In this document: piece by piece, positions 17,945 through 27,419 of the stretch
Numbering within the stretch: position 1 is the first letter of the stretch
How the letters are laid out: every line of letters starts with the position of its first letter
Origin: a bacterium
Lineage (GTDB): Bacteria; Sumerlaeota; Sumerlaeia; MVZB01
Length of the DNA stretch: 64,000 bases
Reading direction: 5' to 3'
Assembly: GCA_021372575.1 (NCBI GenBank)
Contig: JAJFUE010000152.1
Span: forward strand, 1,995 to 65,994
Made by a program: the position numbers and the translations under genes
Notes under the pieces: generated by a model
What the model was told of the DNA's origin: nothing
What the model saw: only the letters and a program-made list of their open reading frames with translations
Databases searched by the model: none

Positions 17945-19045
17945 ATGCGCATCGCGATCATCGGCTTTTCAACCAGCGGCAAGACGACCGTCTTCAACGC
18001 CCTCACCGGCCAGGCGGCGGCTACGTCGGCCTTCTCCACCGGCCGCGCCGAGACCCATCACGGCATCGTCAAGGTTCCCGACGCGCGCCTCGACAAGCTG
18101 ACCGAGCTGTTCAAGCCGAAGAAGCATACGCCGGCCACGGTCGAGTATCTCGACCTCGCGGCCGTCGCGCGCCAGGAAGACGCCGCCGCGGCCGGCAGCG
18201 AGGCCCTCGGCGAAAAGCAGATGGCGGAGATCGCCAACTCCGACGCGCTGCTGGCCGTCGTGCGCGGATTCGTGAACGCCGCCGGCGACCCGCCCGCCGC
18301 CGCCGCCGACATCGAGGCCATCGCGCTCGAGATGGCGCTGAGCGATCTGAAAAAAGTCGAGACGCGCGTCGAGCGCATCGACAAGCAGATCCAGCGCGCG
18401 CCCGCCGCCGAAAAACGCGCCCTCCAGATCGAACTCGACGCCTGCCGCCTCGTCCAGAAGGCGCTCGAGGAAGGCAAACCCGCACGTGCCGTCACGCTCG
18501 ACGAAGAGCAGCGCAAGTCCCTGCGCGGCTTCCAGCTCCTCACGCTCAAGCCCACGATGTTCCTCGTCAACGACGGCGAGGAGCAGTGGAAGGCCGACGG
18601 CGGCAAGCCCGTCGATCTCGGCACGCTCGCCGAGGCCCCGCAGACGCTCGCCGGCCGCCTCTCCGGCCAGATGGAGATGGAGATCGCGCAGCTCCCGCCC
18701 GAGGACCGCGAGGCGTTCCTCGCCGACTACGGCATCGCCGAGCCCGCCGCGCACCGCGTGATCCGCATGTGCTACGAGTTGCTCGGCCAGATCTCGTTCT
18801 TCACCGTCGGCCCCGACGAGTGCCGCGCCTGGACGATCCGCACCGGCACGACGGCCCAGCCCGCCGCCGGCGCGATCCACAGCGACCTCGAGCGCGGCTT
18901 CATCCGCGCCGAAGTCATCCGCTGGGACGAACTGCTCGCCGCCGGCTCCTACGCCGAAGCCAAGAAGCACGGCAAACTGCGCCTCGAAGGCAAAGACTAC
19001 ACCGTCCAGGACGGCGACATCATGAACATCCTGTTCAGCGTGTAA
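17945..19045 (+). CDS. ychF: Ribosome-binding ATPase YchF (Obg-like ATPase)
   Basis: MRIAIIGFSTSGKTTVFNALTG is the P-loop. C-terminal TGS domain (...TVQDGDIMNILFSV). Confidence 0.85.
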   Translation: MRIAIIGFSTSGKTTVFNALTGQAAATSAFSTGRAETHHGIVKVPDARLDKLTELFKPKKHTPATVEYLDLAAVARQEDAAAAGSEALGEKQMAEIANSDALLAVVRGFVNAAGDPPAAAADIEAIALEMALSDLKKVETRVERIDKQIQRAPAAEKRALQIELDACRLVQKALEEGKPARAVTLDEEQRKSLRGFQLLTLKPTMFLVNDGEEQWKADGGKPVDLGTLAEAPQTLAGRLSGQMEMEIAQLPPEDREAFLADYGIAEPAAHRVIRMCYELLGQISFFTVGPDECRAWTIRTGTTAQPAAGAIHSDLERGFIRAEVIRWDELLAAGSYAEAKKHGKLRLEGKDYTVQDGDIMNILFSV

Positions 19046-19070
19046 GTCGGCGGATTTCGCCGAATTGCCG

Positions 19071-19652
19071 TCAGCTGGATTTTTTGAAATAATCGCGCAC
19101 AAAATAGAGGTAGATGACAAAGCCCCACCAGCAGCATGCCAGCACGATGTTCACGATGTTGAGGATGGACACGAGTTGGCGCGCGTCGATGAGGTCCTTC
19201 GCGCCGTAGGCGTCCAACTGGTTGACGATTTCGTTGTAGCGGCCCTCGGGGTTCAATACGCAGATGATCTTCTCGGCCGTGTAGATGATCGTGCCGGCGA
19301 GGGCCATGTAAAATCCCCACGGCGGGGCCGACCAGAGCGCATAGCCGAACGCGAAGAAAAGCCCGATGTAAAAGAGGTGGTAACCGATCGCGGCGGCGCC
19401 GGTGATCGGGTCGCCGGTCAACACGACGGGCGACGTGAGATTGAGCGCCTCGACGACCGCCGAAAGCATGAAGAGAAAACCCGCCGTGCGGATCGTGAAG
19501 CTCGAGCGGTGTTTTTGCCGGGGCTTGGGCGCGACAGTTGCCCGCGCGACGGCCGCCGGCGGTTGCCACTGGCCATCAACCAGCCGCGCGCCGCAAAACC
19601 GGCACAACACCGCCTCGTCCCGGATCTCCTCGGCGCAATAAGGGCATTTCAT
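19071..19652 (-). CDS. Zinc-ribbon-containing membrane protein, hypothetical
   Basis: N-terminal CPYC...CRFCG zinc ribbon followed by several hydrophobic helices. The opposite-strand ORF has antisense-like composition. Confidence 0.5.
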   Translation of the reverse strand: MKCPYCAEEIRDEAVLCRFCGARLVDGQWQPPAAVARATVAPKPRQKHRSSFTIRTAGFLFMLSAVVEALNLTSPVVLTGDPITGAAAIGYHLFYIGLFFAFGYALWSAPPWGFYMALAGTIIYTAEKIICVLNPEGRYNEIVNQLDAYGAKDLIDARQLVSILNIVNIVLACCWWGFVIYLYFVRDYFKKSS

Positions 19653-19842
19653 CCGCGTGGGTTCCTTTGTCTGCATGTTCCGCAATGCTAATCGTAATTG
19701 CCGCGCCATTCGGGTTCAAGCTTCAGGTTGTCGTGGCAACAGAAATCATTCGACCATTGAAACGCAAATTCCATGCGGCGGGAAAAACAAGTTTACTCCC
19801 TCATCCCTGACGTAATAAATAGTAACCTTCAAGTCTGGCGTC

Positions 19843-21048
19843 TTGAAGGAACCTGTCATGAAGTCGAGCGCTCGCAAAAAACCGGCAAAATGCGCGTCCG
19901 CAGAATCCGCCACCGCTTACGTTCAAATCGTCGAGGACATATCGGAGTTGCTGGAGTCCGCGCGGCGCGGGGCAGCCCGTGCCGTCAATACGATACTGAC
20001 GGCGACCTATTGGGAAATAGGGCGCAGGATCATCGAATTTGAACAATCCGGCCGCACCAGGGCGGAGTATGGGGTCGAGCTGTTGAATCGACTATCGGCG
20101 GATTTGTCAGCCCGATTCGGGCGCGGATTCTCCGTCGATAATCTCGAATTAATGAGGTTGTTTTATATTCATTATCCATTTCATGACATTTCCGAGACAG
20201 GGTCTCGGGAATCAGGAAATTCCGAGACAGGTTCTCGGAAATTCGATCTGCAGCAACTGGCCACCACATTGAAACTGTCGTGGTCGCATTATGTCTTGCT
20301 CGTCCGGCGGGCCCGATCCAACGAAGCAAGGGCGTTTTACGAGACCGAAGCCTTGCGGGGCGGCTGGTCGGTGCGGCAATTGGAACGCCAAATCGATTCG
20401 CAATTTTACGAACGAATGGCATCGTCGCGCCCCAAAGCCGCCATGCCGGCAAGGACAAACATATCCGATGTTTCCAAAGAACCGGCTTACGAAAGTGAAT
20501 TTCGCGATCCGTTCGTTCTGGAGTTCCTCGATTTGAAGGACGAATACTCGGAGAACGATCTCGAACAGGCTCTCATCCGGCATCTCGAGACCTTCCTGCT
20601 CGAACTCGGCCGGGATTTCACGTTCGTATCGCGCCAGAAACGAATGCGGGTTGGAGATGAATGGTACCGGGTCGATCCGGTATTCTACCACCGCGGTTTG
20701 AGGTGCCTGGTGCTCATCGATCTCAAGCTGGGACGCCTCACGCATGCCGATGCCGGGCAGATGGACATGTATTTGAACTACGCCTGCGAACACTGGACCC
20801 GGCCGGATGAGAATCCGCCGGTCGGTTTGATCCTCTGCACGCATAAGGACAACGCCGTGGCACATTATGCGCTCGACGGTTTGCGCAACAAAGTGCTTGC
20901 GGCGGAATATAAAATAGCGCTGCCGGATGAAAAAAAGATCGCGCAAGAATTGATGCATACTCGTAAAATGCTTGAGACTCGGTCGGTGCTTAAGAATCCA
21001 AAGCGAAAGGGTTCGAGACCGCCGGATCGAACATCAAAATCGAGGTAG
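19843..21048 (+). CDS. YhcG-like PDDEXK nuclease-domain protein (DUF1016)
   Basis: N-terminal DUF1016_N-like segment (...TATYWEIGRRIIE...) and C-terminal PDDEXK core (RVDPVFYHRGLRCLVLIDLKLGRLTHADAGQMDMYLNY). GC content is lower than in neighbouring genes. Confidence 0.65.
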   Translation: MKEPVMKSSARKKPAKCASAESATAYVQIVEDISELLESARRGAARAVNTILTATYWEIGRRIIEFEQSGRTRAEYGVELLNRLSADLSARFGRGFSVDNLELMRLFYIHYPFHDISETGSRESGNSETGSRKFDLQQLATTLKLSWSHYVLLVRRARSNEARAFYETEALRGGWSVRQLERQIDSQFYERMASSRPKAAMPARTNISDVSKEPAYESEFRDPFVLEFLDLKDEYSENDLEQALIRHLETFLLELGRDFTFVSRQKRMRVGDEWYRVDPVFYHRGLRCLVLIDLKLGRLTHADAGQMDMYLNYACEHWTRPDENPPVGLILCTHKDNAVAHYALDGLRNKVLAAEYKIALPDEKKIAQELMHTRKMLETRSVLKNPKRKGSRPPDRTSKSR

Positions 21049-21052
21049 TCTG

Positions 21053-21646
21053 ATGAAGCCCTTCACCACGCACAACGGGATCGTCGCGCCGCTCGAGGCG
21101 CTCAACGTCGATACCGACCAGATCATGCCCAAGCAGTTCCTGAAGCGCATCGAGCGCACGGGCTACGAGGACTTCCTGTTTTTCGACTGGCGGTTCCGCG
21201 ACGACGGCTCGCCCAACCCCGAGTTCGAGATGAACGCGCCGCGCTATCGGGGCGCCTCGATCCTGCTCACGAAGGACAACTTCGGCTGCGGCTCGAGCCG
21301 CGAGCACGCGGTGTGGGGGCTGGAGAATTACGGTTTCCGCGCGATCCTCGCGCCGAGCTTCGCCGACATTTTCTTCAACAACTGCTTCAACAACGGCGTG
21401 CTGCCGATCGTGCTGCCGGGCGAGGAAATTGAGGCGTTGTTCAAGGAAGTGCGCGCGACCGCCGGCTACCGCCTCACGATCGACCTCGAGAGCCAGCAGA
21501 TCGTCACGCCCGCCGGGCGCAAGATTCCGTTCCACGTCGATGACGAGCGCCGCCACCGCATGCTCAAGGGGCTCGACCAGATCGGCGTGACGCTGATAAA
21601 CGAAGACAAGATCGCGCAGTACGAACAGACGCACGGCATCGCGTGA
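21053..21646 (+). CDS. leuD: 3-isopropylmalate dehydratase small subunit
   Basis: MKPFTTHNGIVAPLEALNVDTDQIMPKQFLK... is the canonical LeuD N-terminus. ATG at 21053. Confidence 0.85.
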   Translation: MKPFTTHNGIVAPLEALNVDTDQIMPKQFLKRIERTGYEDFLFFDWRFRDDGSPNPEFEMNAPRYRGASILLTKDNFGCGSSREHAVWGLENYGFRAILAPSFADIFFNNCFNNGVLPIVLPGEEIEALFKEVRATAGYRLTIDLESQQIVTPAGRKIPFHVDDERRHRMLKGLDQIGVTLINEDKIAQYEQTHGIA

Positions 21647-21705
21647 AAATTCGCGCAAGCGCATGGATGGCCCCGCCGGTGACGCAATCGGCGGGGCGTT
21701 TCATT

Positions 21706-22605
21706 TCAGATGCTGGTCAGGCGCGAGGCCCACAGGTGCTGATCGACGATCGAGCGGATGACGCGGATGTGCTCGGGGCCGGTTCCGCAGCAGCCGCCGA
21801 TGAAGCTCACGCCGGACTCGAGCATGCTCTTGACGTGATCGACGATTTTCTGTGGCGTCTCGGGCCATACCGGCCGGCCGTTGATCATCTCGGGGATGCC
21901 CGCGCTGGCCTGGGCCATGAGCGGCAGTTGCGTGAGCGCGCGCATGCGCCGCACGACTTCAACCATTTCCGCGTGACCCGTTCCGCAGTTGGCGCCGATG
22001 ATGTCGGCGCCGGCGGCGCCGAGGCGCTCGACGGCTTCCTCGATCGACACGCCGTCGGGGGTGTGCGTGCCGCCGATGCTGCGCTGAAAGGTCATCGTCG
22101 CGGCGACCGGCAGCCCCGTCGCGTGCGCCGCGCGGATCGCGAGCTCGGCCTCGTCCGCCGACGTCATCGTCTCGATGAGCAGCAGGTCCACGCCGCCCCC
22201 GGCCAGGGCTTCGGCCTGTTGCGTGAACATCGCGCGGGCCTCATCGAGGCGCACGGGGCCGAACGGTTCGAGCCGCTCGCCGATGGGCCCGATCGATCCG
22301 GCGACCAGCCGGCCGGCCGGGCATACCGCGCGCGCCAGCTTCGCCGCGTTGCGATTGAGGTCCGCGACCTGGTCCGCGATGCGCGGCCGCATGCGCTCGA
22401 TGCCGAACGTGTTGGTCGTCGAGATATCGGCCCCCGCATCGTAGTATTCGTGATGCACCGCAAGGACGAGGTCCGGCCGCGATAGCACCGCCTGCTCGCA
22501 CGGCTCATCGACGGGGAACCCCATCTCCTGAAGCCGCGTGCCCATCGCGCCGTCGCCGACGAAGATATGGCCGCCGGCCAATTTGATGAGCCAAGAGGCT
22601 CTCAT
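21706..22605 (-). CDS. Homocysteine S-methyltransferase domain protein (Pfam S-methyl_trans; MetH N-terminal or MmuM-like)
   Basis: ...FVGDGAMGT...DIISTNTF...GGCCGTGPEHI... has the Zn-binding Cys motifs. Start at ATG 22605. Confidence 0.7.
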   Translation of the reverse strand: MRASWLIKLAGGHIFVGDGAMGTRLQEMGFPVDEPCEQAVLSRPDLVLAVHHEYYDAGADISTTNTFGIERMRPRIADQVADLNRNAAKLARAVCPAGRLVAGSIGPIGERLEPFGPVRLDEARAMFTQQAEALAGGGVDLLLIETMTSADEAELAIRAAHATGLPVAATMTFQRSIGGTHTPDGVSIEEAVERLGAAGADIIGANCGTGHAEMVEVVRRMRALTQLPLMAQASAGIPEMINGRPVWPETPQKIVDHVKSMLESGVSFIGGCCGTGPEHIRVIRSIVDQHLWASRLTSI

Positions 22606-22728
22606 GATGACGCCTCCTGTTGAATTCACGATTATTTTACACCCAAAGGCGAATCGTCGGAATGTTTTAAAAAGAGTTGGATGATGATGATCAAACCAAA
22701 ATCGGCGAGGATTCCTTTTTGGAGTGGT

Positions 22729-22756
22729 GGTTTCGATTACGAGCGCGAGCACGACC
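22729..22756 (+). repeat. Hexamer-tandem dispersed repeat, copy 2 (short: GGTTTCGATTACGAGCGCGAGCACGACC)
   Basis: Direct reading. Intergenic, between two minus-strand genes. Confidence 0.7.
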
Positions 22757-22764
22757 GGGGATGG

Positions 22765-24519
22765 TCAATCCGCCTGCAACCATGCCGCCGGGCGAATCGC
22801 CGCGGACCCGCCTCCCAGCAGATCCCCGAATCCGGGCAGCAGGGCGTATTTCTTTTGCCAAGTTGTGTACATCAAACCGCGCACATTGGGCAGTGTCCGC
22901 GTCAGGGCAAGCCAGGCCTCGACCCCCGTTAAATCATTGGCGTCGTAGTAGCACGCCGCAAGCGTCCGGAATCCGTTGTCCGCGAAAAACTGCATGCTTT
23001 GCGTGCGCGGCGCGGCGCCCCACACGGCGATCGTCAAATCCTTCGGAACATGCTCCCAGGACCCGGTCCAATCGCCTTCCACAAGATAATAATTGCCGTG
23101 CGCATTGTGAGACGGATCAAGCATGTCGCTCCAGATATAAATCTCAACCCCGGGCATATGGCGGCGCAGGATCTGCGTCTGGCTCGTGATGCAGTCGCCC
23201 AGCAGGCCGGCCATGTTCCGCCCGGCGCACGCGCGGCAACTGCCGCCCATGCGAATTTCGTCCATCGAGAGCAGGACGCGGCGCGGATGCAGCCGCTCGG
23301 CAATGGCCCGAGCTTCCGCGTCGAAGATGTCGTAAAGGGCCGGCTCGGCCATGCACATGACAAGCTGGCTCTGGAAGAGCACCACGGGGTGATACCAACT
23401 GACGCGCAGGCGCTGGCCGTCGGCGATGCGGCCGCCGGGCAGCAGCTGCAATGCAGGAATGGCGTGGTCAACATTATAGAAGTCAAATTTGCTGTCGGTC
23501 AGGGGGGCGTAGTCCAGCCCCTCGGCGAACGTGGTGGCGCCGTCCTCGGAATGCACCACGACGGGCGTGCCGGGACGGCTCAGGACATTGATCGGGCCGA
23601 CCTCCTCGAGCGCCCAGTCGTCGAGCCAGACCTTGCCGGATATGCCGCCCCACACGCCCACGTAAAGCCGCAAGGTATCGAAACTCATGCTGTTGAACAT
23701 CAGCGAGACTTTACGCCAGTCGGCGGTTGAGGGAATCGTAAACGTGCGCGGGACGAAGTCGCGCCCGGCGGCCTGAATCAGGAGTCGAAACCCGCCGGCC
23801 GGATCGAGCTGGTCGGTTTTGATCCAGAAGCTCATGCGGAAGCAGCGGCGCGGCCGGAGCTTCACTTCCTGCATGATGCGGCCCATGCCACGGTTGGCCG
23901 TGAAATTTTCCAGGCGCAGGGAGGAGTTGCCCGCATGCTTGACCTGCGTATCGACGAAACTGATGACGCCGGGCTGGTCCTGAAAGACGAATCCGGAAAA
24001 CAGGTTGCCGGTCGCGTCCTCAAAGCCGCCATTGACGATCCGCGCGGGATCCTCGACGACGAAGTTTGCCTGCTCACCGCTGGCGACAAAAAGCGCGTCG
24101 TTGACGGGGACACCTTCGGCCAGGTTGCGATTGTGCGTCAGTGGGCTGCCGTAGCCGACGGAATAAATCACGGGGATCAGATCCATGCGGTTGCGTTCGC
24201 AGGCGTCGCGCACCGCGTCGAGCCGGCGCAAATAATCGGGGCCCTTGAGGCTGAGCGTATCGAGCGCGACCGACATCATCGCGCCGTTCAAGCCGTGCCG
24301 CGGCCCCATGTCGAGCAGATTGACGATTTCCGTCACATCGCTGTCCCTGGTCAGATTCCAGCCGAAAATGAAAGCGAAACGGTCTTCGTAAAGCGGCGCG
24401 GTCGCGCTTCGCGCGAACTGCACGAAACCGAGCAACTGCGCGATCGCAATGGCCAGGCACGCCAATGCGCGAAAATACTTAATATGCCGTTGTGAAATGG
24501 GATCCGCCGAATCGAACAT
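22765..24519 (-). CDS. Secreted hypothetical protein with a CBM4/9-like carbohydrate-binding module; possible glycoside hydrolase
   Basis: N-terminal signal-like segment. IVNGGFEDATGNLFSGF...W... is typical of CBM_4_9. No catalytic motif recognised. Confidence 0.45.
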   Translation of the reverse strand: MFDSADPISQRHIKYFRALACLAIAIAQLLGFVQFARSATAPLYEDRFAFIFGWNLTRDSDVTEIVNLLDMGPRHGLNGAMMSVALDTLSLKGPDYLRRLDAVRDACERNRMDLIPVIYSVGYGSPLTHNRNLAEGVPVNDALFVASGEQANFVVEDPARIVNGGFEDATGNLFSGFVFQDQPGVISFVDTQVKHAGNSSLRLENFTANRGMGRIMQEVKLRPRRCFRMSFWIKTDQLDPAGGFRLLIQAAGRDFVPRTFTIPSTADWRKVSLMFNSMSFDTLRLYVGVWGGISGKVWLDDWALEEVGPINVLSRPGTPVVVHSEDGATTFAEGLDYAPLTDSKFDFYNVDHAIPALQLLPGGRIADGQRLRVSWYHPVVLFQSQLVMCMAEPALYDIFDAEARAIAERLHPRRVLLSMDEIRMGGSCRACAGRNMAGLLGDCITSQTQILRRHMPGVEIYIWSDMLDPSHNAHGNYYLVEGDWTGSWEHVPKDLTIAVWGAAPRTQSMQFFADNGFRTLAACYYDANDLTGVEAWLALTRTLPNVRGLMYTTWQKKYALLPGFGDLLGGGSAAIRPAAWLQAD

Positions 24520-24744
24520 CCGCGCTGTGTCTCCCAAGATGCGAATGCAATCATGATATCGCCGGGCTTGACTTTATTCCACGGCGGAAACCGGCGCTCG
24601 TTGCGTCGTCCGGCGGACAATGCACATTCGCGCATGTCAATGGAAATGTGAATCGCTGTATGGATGCGAACAGTGGCCTTGCCCGCGAACGCGGTTTTCC
24701 ATTTGGCCGGCGCGGGGCGATGCCTATAAGATAGGCCAAGAAGG

Positions 24745-25464
24745 TTGCGCGGCCCGACTGCGCGCAACCCCGATCTGAAGTGCCAGGTTGTTCGAGCCGT
24801 GATTCCCGAGTATTTGGACATCCCGATTTTTCCGCTGCCGAACGTCACGTTCTTTCCGCAAACGTATCTGCCGCTCCACGTGTTCGAGCCGCGTTACCGC
24901 GCCATGACGGCCAATTGCCTCAAGGGCGATCGCATGATGGGCGTTGCGCTGCTCAAGGACGGCTGGCAGAGCGATTACTTCGGTCGCCCGCCGATCTGCA
25001 AGACGTTCGGCGTCGGCAAGGTCATCGATCACCAGCGCCTCTCCGACGGCCGCTACGACATCGTGCTGGAGGGGGTCTATCGCGTGCGCCTCGTCCAGGA
25101 GTTTCCGTCGAAGCCGTATCGCGTCGGGCGCGTGCAAGTCCTGCAGGAACTGCCGATCGACACGCGGCGCGAACAGGTTTCGATGCTGATGAAGGAACTG
25201 CGCGAGCTGACAGTGGAACTTGCGCGGCTCGTTCCCGACAGCAAGGATGCGATCTCGATCGCGTGGGCGGCGCACCCGCACCCGCTCGTCGCGGCGAACC
25301 AGCTTGCGGCCGCGCTGGTGATCGACGCCTACGATCGCCAGTCGATCCTCGAGCAGGATGACCCGATCCGGCGGCTCAAGCTGCTTCTCGTCCAACTCCG
25401 CACGGTCGTGTATCAACTCAGTGGCGGCTATGTGTACAAGGAAGAGATGGTCGAAGAGGAATAA
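24745..25464 (+). CDS. Lon N-terminal (LON substrate-binding / PUA-like) domain protein
   Basis: IPIFPLPNVTFFPQTYLPLHVFEPRYRAM is a Lon N-domain signature. Confidence 0.7.
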   Translation: MRGPTARNPDLKCQVVRAVIPEYLDIPIFPLPNVTFFPQTYLPLHVFEPRYRAMTANCLKGDRMMGVALLKDGWQSDYFGRPPICKTFGVGKVIDHQRLSDGRYDIVLEGVYRVRLVQEFPSKPYRVGRVQVLQELPIDTRREQVSMLMKELRELTVELARLVPDSKDAISIAWAAHPHPLVAANQLAAALVIDAYDRQSILEQDDPIRRLKLLLVQLRTVVYQLSGGYVYKEEMVEEE

Positions 25465-25467
25465 TTC

Positions 25468-25502
25468 AGTCCTGAGTCCTGAGTCATGAGTCCTGAGTGC
25501 TG
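25468..25502. repeat. Heptanucleotide simple-sequence repeat (AGTCCTG x5, two units imperfect) immediately 3' of the Lon-N gene
   Basis: agtcctgagtcctgagtcatgagtcctgagtgctgagg. Confidence 0.8.
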
Positions 25503-25593
25503 AGGCTCGGTCCGCTTTTTACTCAAACGATTCCCTTTCCATGTCGGTTGTGTTTTCGGCGATAATAGTTTGATTATTTAACCGAGGCGTGAC

Positions 25594-26337
25594 GTGAGTC
25601 CCATCACCGAACCACCGGCTGACGCCGATTACTCGCCCCGCGACTACTCGGGCGCATATTGCATCGATCAGGGCGACGGGGCGTTCTTTCGCGGTGACGG
25701 CAAGCTGGCGCTGCGCTGGTACACGCGCGCGATCGACAAGGAACCGGGCTTGATCGAGCCGTGGCTGGCCATGCTTCGCGTCCTGATCCTGAAGGGCGAC
25801 GTCGCCGAGGCGGCCACGTGGATTCATCGCGGGCTCACGATTTTCCCGGAGAATCCGCGGCTTCTGGCGCTGTGCAACGTTCAGCTGGCGCGGCGCGACA
25901 TGACCGCCAAGGCGCTCAACGACTCGCGCGACCTGCTCGAGCGCAATCCCAAGCTGCCGCTCGCGCACCTGTGCCGCGGCGAAGTGTTGATGGTGACGGG
26001 CGGCCGCCATTTCGACAGGTTGTTCCACGAGACGCTCGACCTCGTGCCGGGGGACGATTGGAAAACGCCGCTCACCATCGGGATGATCCTGCAAGACGCC
26101 GGTCACCTGCGGCTGGCGACGGGGTTTTTCGCGGAGGCGGTGCGGCGCAGCGAACAGAATCCCGCGGCGTGGTTCCAGCTTGCGCAGTGCCACGCCGCGA
26201 GGGGCCACCGCGTCCAGACGCAGCGCGCGCAGAACCAGGTGCGCGCCATCTGCACCGAAAACGACCCGTTGCTGGCGCAGGCCGATGCGCTGCGCTACGG
26301 ATCGATTTTGAGATGGCTCGCGAAGATCATGAACTAA
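25594..26337 (+). CDS. TPR-repeat protein, hypothetical
   Basis: Helical repeat composition with W/L/A/Y spacing typical of TPR. The opposite-strand ORF is antisense-like. Confidence 0.5.
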   Translation: MSPITEPPADADYSPRDYSGAYCIDQGDGAFFRGDGKLALRWYTRAIDKEPGLIEPWLAMLRVLILKGDVAEAATWIHRGLTIFPENPRLLALCNVQLARRDMTAKALNDSRDLLERNPKLPLAHLCRGEVLMVTGGRHFDRLFHETLDLVPGDDWKTPLTIGMILQDAGHLRLATGFFAEAVRRSEQNPAAWFQLAQCHAARGHRVQTQRAQNQVRAICTENDPLLAQADALRYGSILRWLAKIMN

Positions 26338-26504
26338 CAATCCTGAAAGAATATGGATATTTCTGCCGCTTCTTCAGGCCTCTCTGCATCACCCATCAAT
26401 TGTGAATCAAAATCGAAAAGTACTTTTGTCCACATCTGTATGTGAAATCTTGTCTTTTTATCGTTCATCATTCATCATTCACCATTCCAAGCGGGAGTCG
26501 CCTT

Positions 26505-27257
26505 ATGAGGCCGTGCTGGTTGATCGGAATGATCGCGCTCATCCTGATGCCGCGCGCGGTTGCCCAGTTGCCTGAAGCAACTACTTACACGCTCCCGCGC
26601 TTGAATGCGCTGCCGAAGGCGAAAGTCGTCCGCACGATCGACGGCGACACGATCGATTTGAAAATCGGCGGCAAGATCGAGAGTTGCCGTCTGATCGGGA
26701 TCGACACGCCCGAGCTGAAAGGCGACGCGGAGAAGACGTTTTACGGCCGCGAGGCGGCGTGGTACACGTTCAACCTGCTCGCGGGGGAGTCGGTGTGGTA
26801 CGAGGCCGATCCCAAAATGGCGCGCGACACGTTCGGCCGGCTGCTCGTGTTTGTGTACCGGGCACCGGACGGGCTGTTCGTGAACCTGGAGCTGATACGG
26901 CTCGGTTACGCGCGCGTTTATGAATATGAGCATGCGCGCGCGGGATTGTTCAAAGGCTATGAGGCGCGTGCGCGAGAGGCCAAGAAGGGTTTGTGGAATC
27001 CGACCCTGAAGAATGAGACATCGAAAGCCGCCGCGAATTCGAACGCCCAGACCGCCGCACCAAGACAAACCGTATCGGCATCGACCGGCGCAGCGGCCGC
27101 GAGCCCGGGAAACGACGCCGATACTGTTTATGTCACCAAATCAGGGAAGAAATATCACCGCGCCGGATGCCGATCGTTGAGCAAAAGCAGCATCCCGATC
27201 TCGCTGGCGACGGCGAAGGCTCGGAGGCTGCAACCGTGCAGCGTGTGCAAACCGTAG
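26505..27257 (+). CDS. Thermonuclease (SNase / micrococcal nuclease-like) family protein with a C-terminal Cys/His zinc-ribbon-like tail
   Basis: Signal peptide MRPCWLIGMIALILMPRAVA. VVRTIDGDTIDL...CRLIGIDTPE is the SNase core. C-terminal ...KYHRAGCRSL...CSVC. Confidence 0.7.
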   Translation: MRPCWLIGMIALILMPRAVAQLPEATTYTLPRLNALPKAKVVRTIDGDTIDLKIGGKIESCRLIGIDTPELKGDAEKTFYGREAAWYTFNLLAGESVWYEADPKMARDTFGRLLVFVYRAPDGLFVNLELIRLGYARVYEYEHARAGLFKGYEARAREAKKGLWNPTLKNETSKAAANSNAQTAAPRQTVSASTGAAAASPGNDADTVYVTKSGKKYHRAGCRSLSKSSIPISLATAKARRLQPCSVCKP

Positions 27258-27323
27258 GGAGATGAGGGCGGGATGGATTGAATGGGAAGAATGGGAGAAA
27301 AATGATTTGGCGATGCGGTGAGT

Positions 27324-27372
27324 GGTTCGATTACGATTACGATTACGAGCACGAATACGAATACGAATACGA
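27324..27372 (+). repeat. Hexamer-tandem dispersed repeat, copy 3: GGTTCGATTAC(GATTAC)2 GAGCAC (GAATAC)3 GA
   Basis: Direct reading. Abuts the terminator hairpin. Confidence 0.85.
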
Positions 27373-27403
27373 AAAAAAGGCCGGCGATATGCCGGCCTTT
27401 TTT
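27372..27403. terminator. Bidirectional rho-independent terminator between convergent genes
   Basis: aaaaaaaGGCCGGCgatatGCCGGCCtttttt. Confidence 0.8.
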
Positions 27404-27419
27404 CGATATCGATCCGAAA

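Noticed and set aside
17969-19120. 383-aa minus-strand ORF antisense to ychF
   Set aside because: Low-complexity G/A/E/L-rich translation. The ychF P-loop and TGS domain are on the plus strand.
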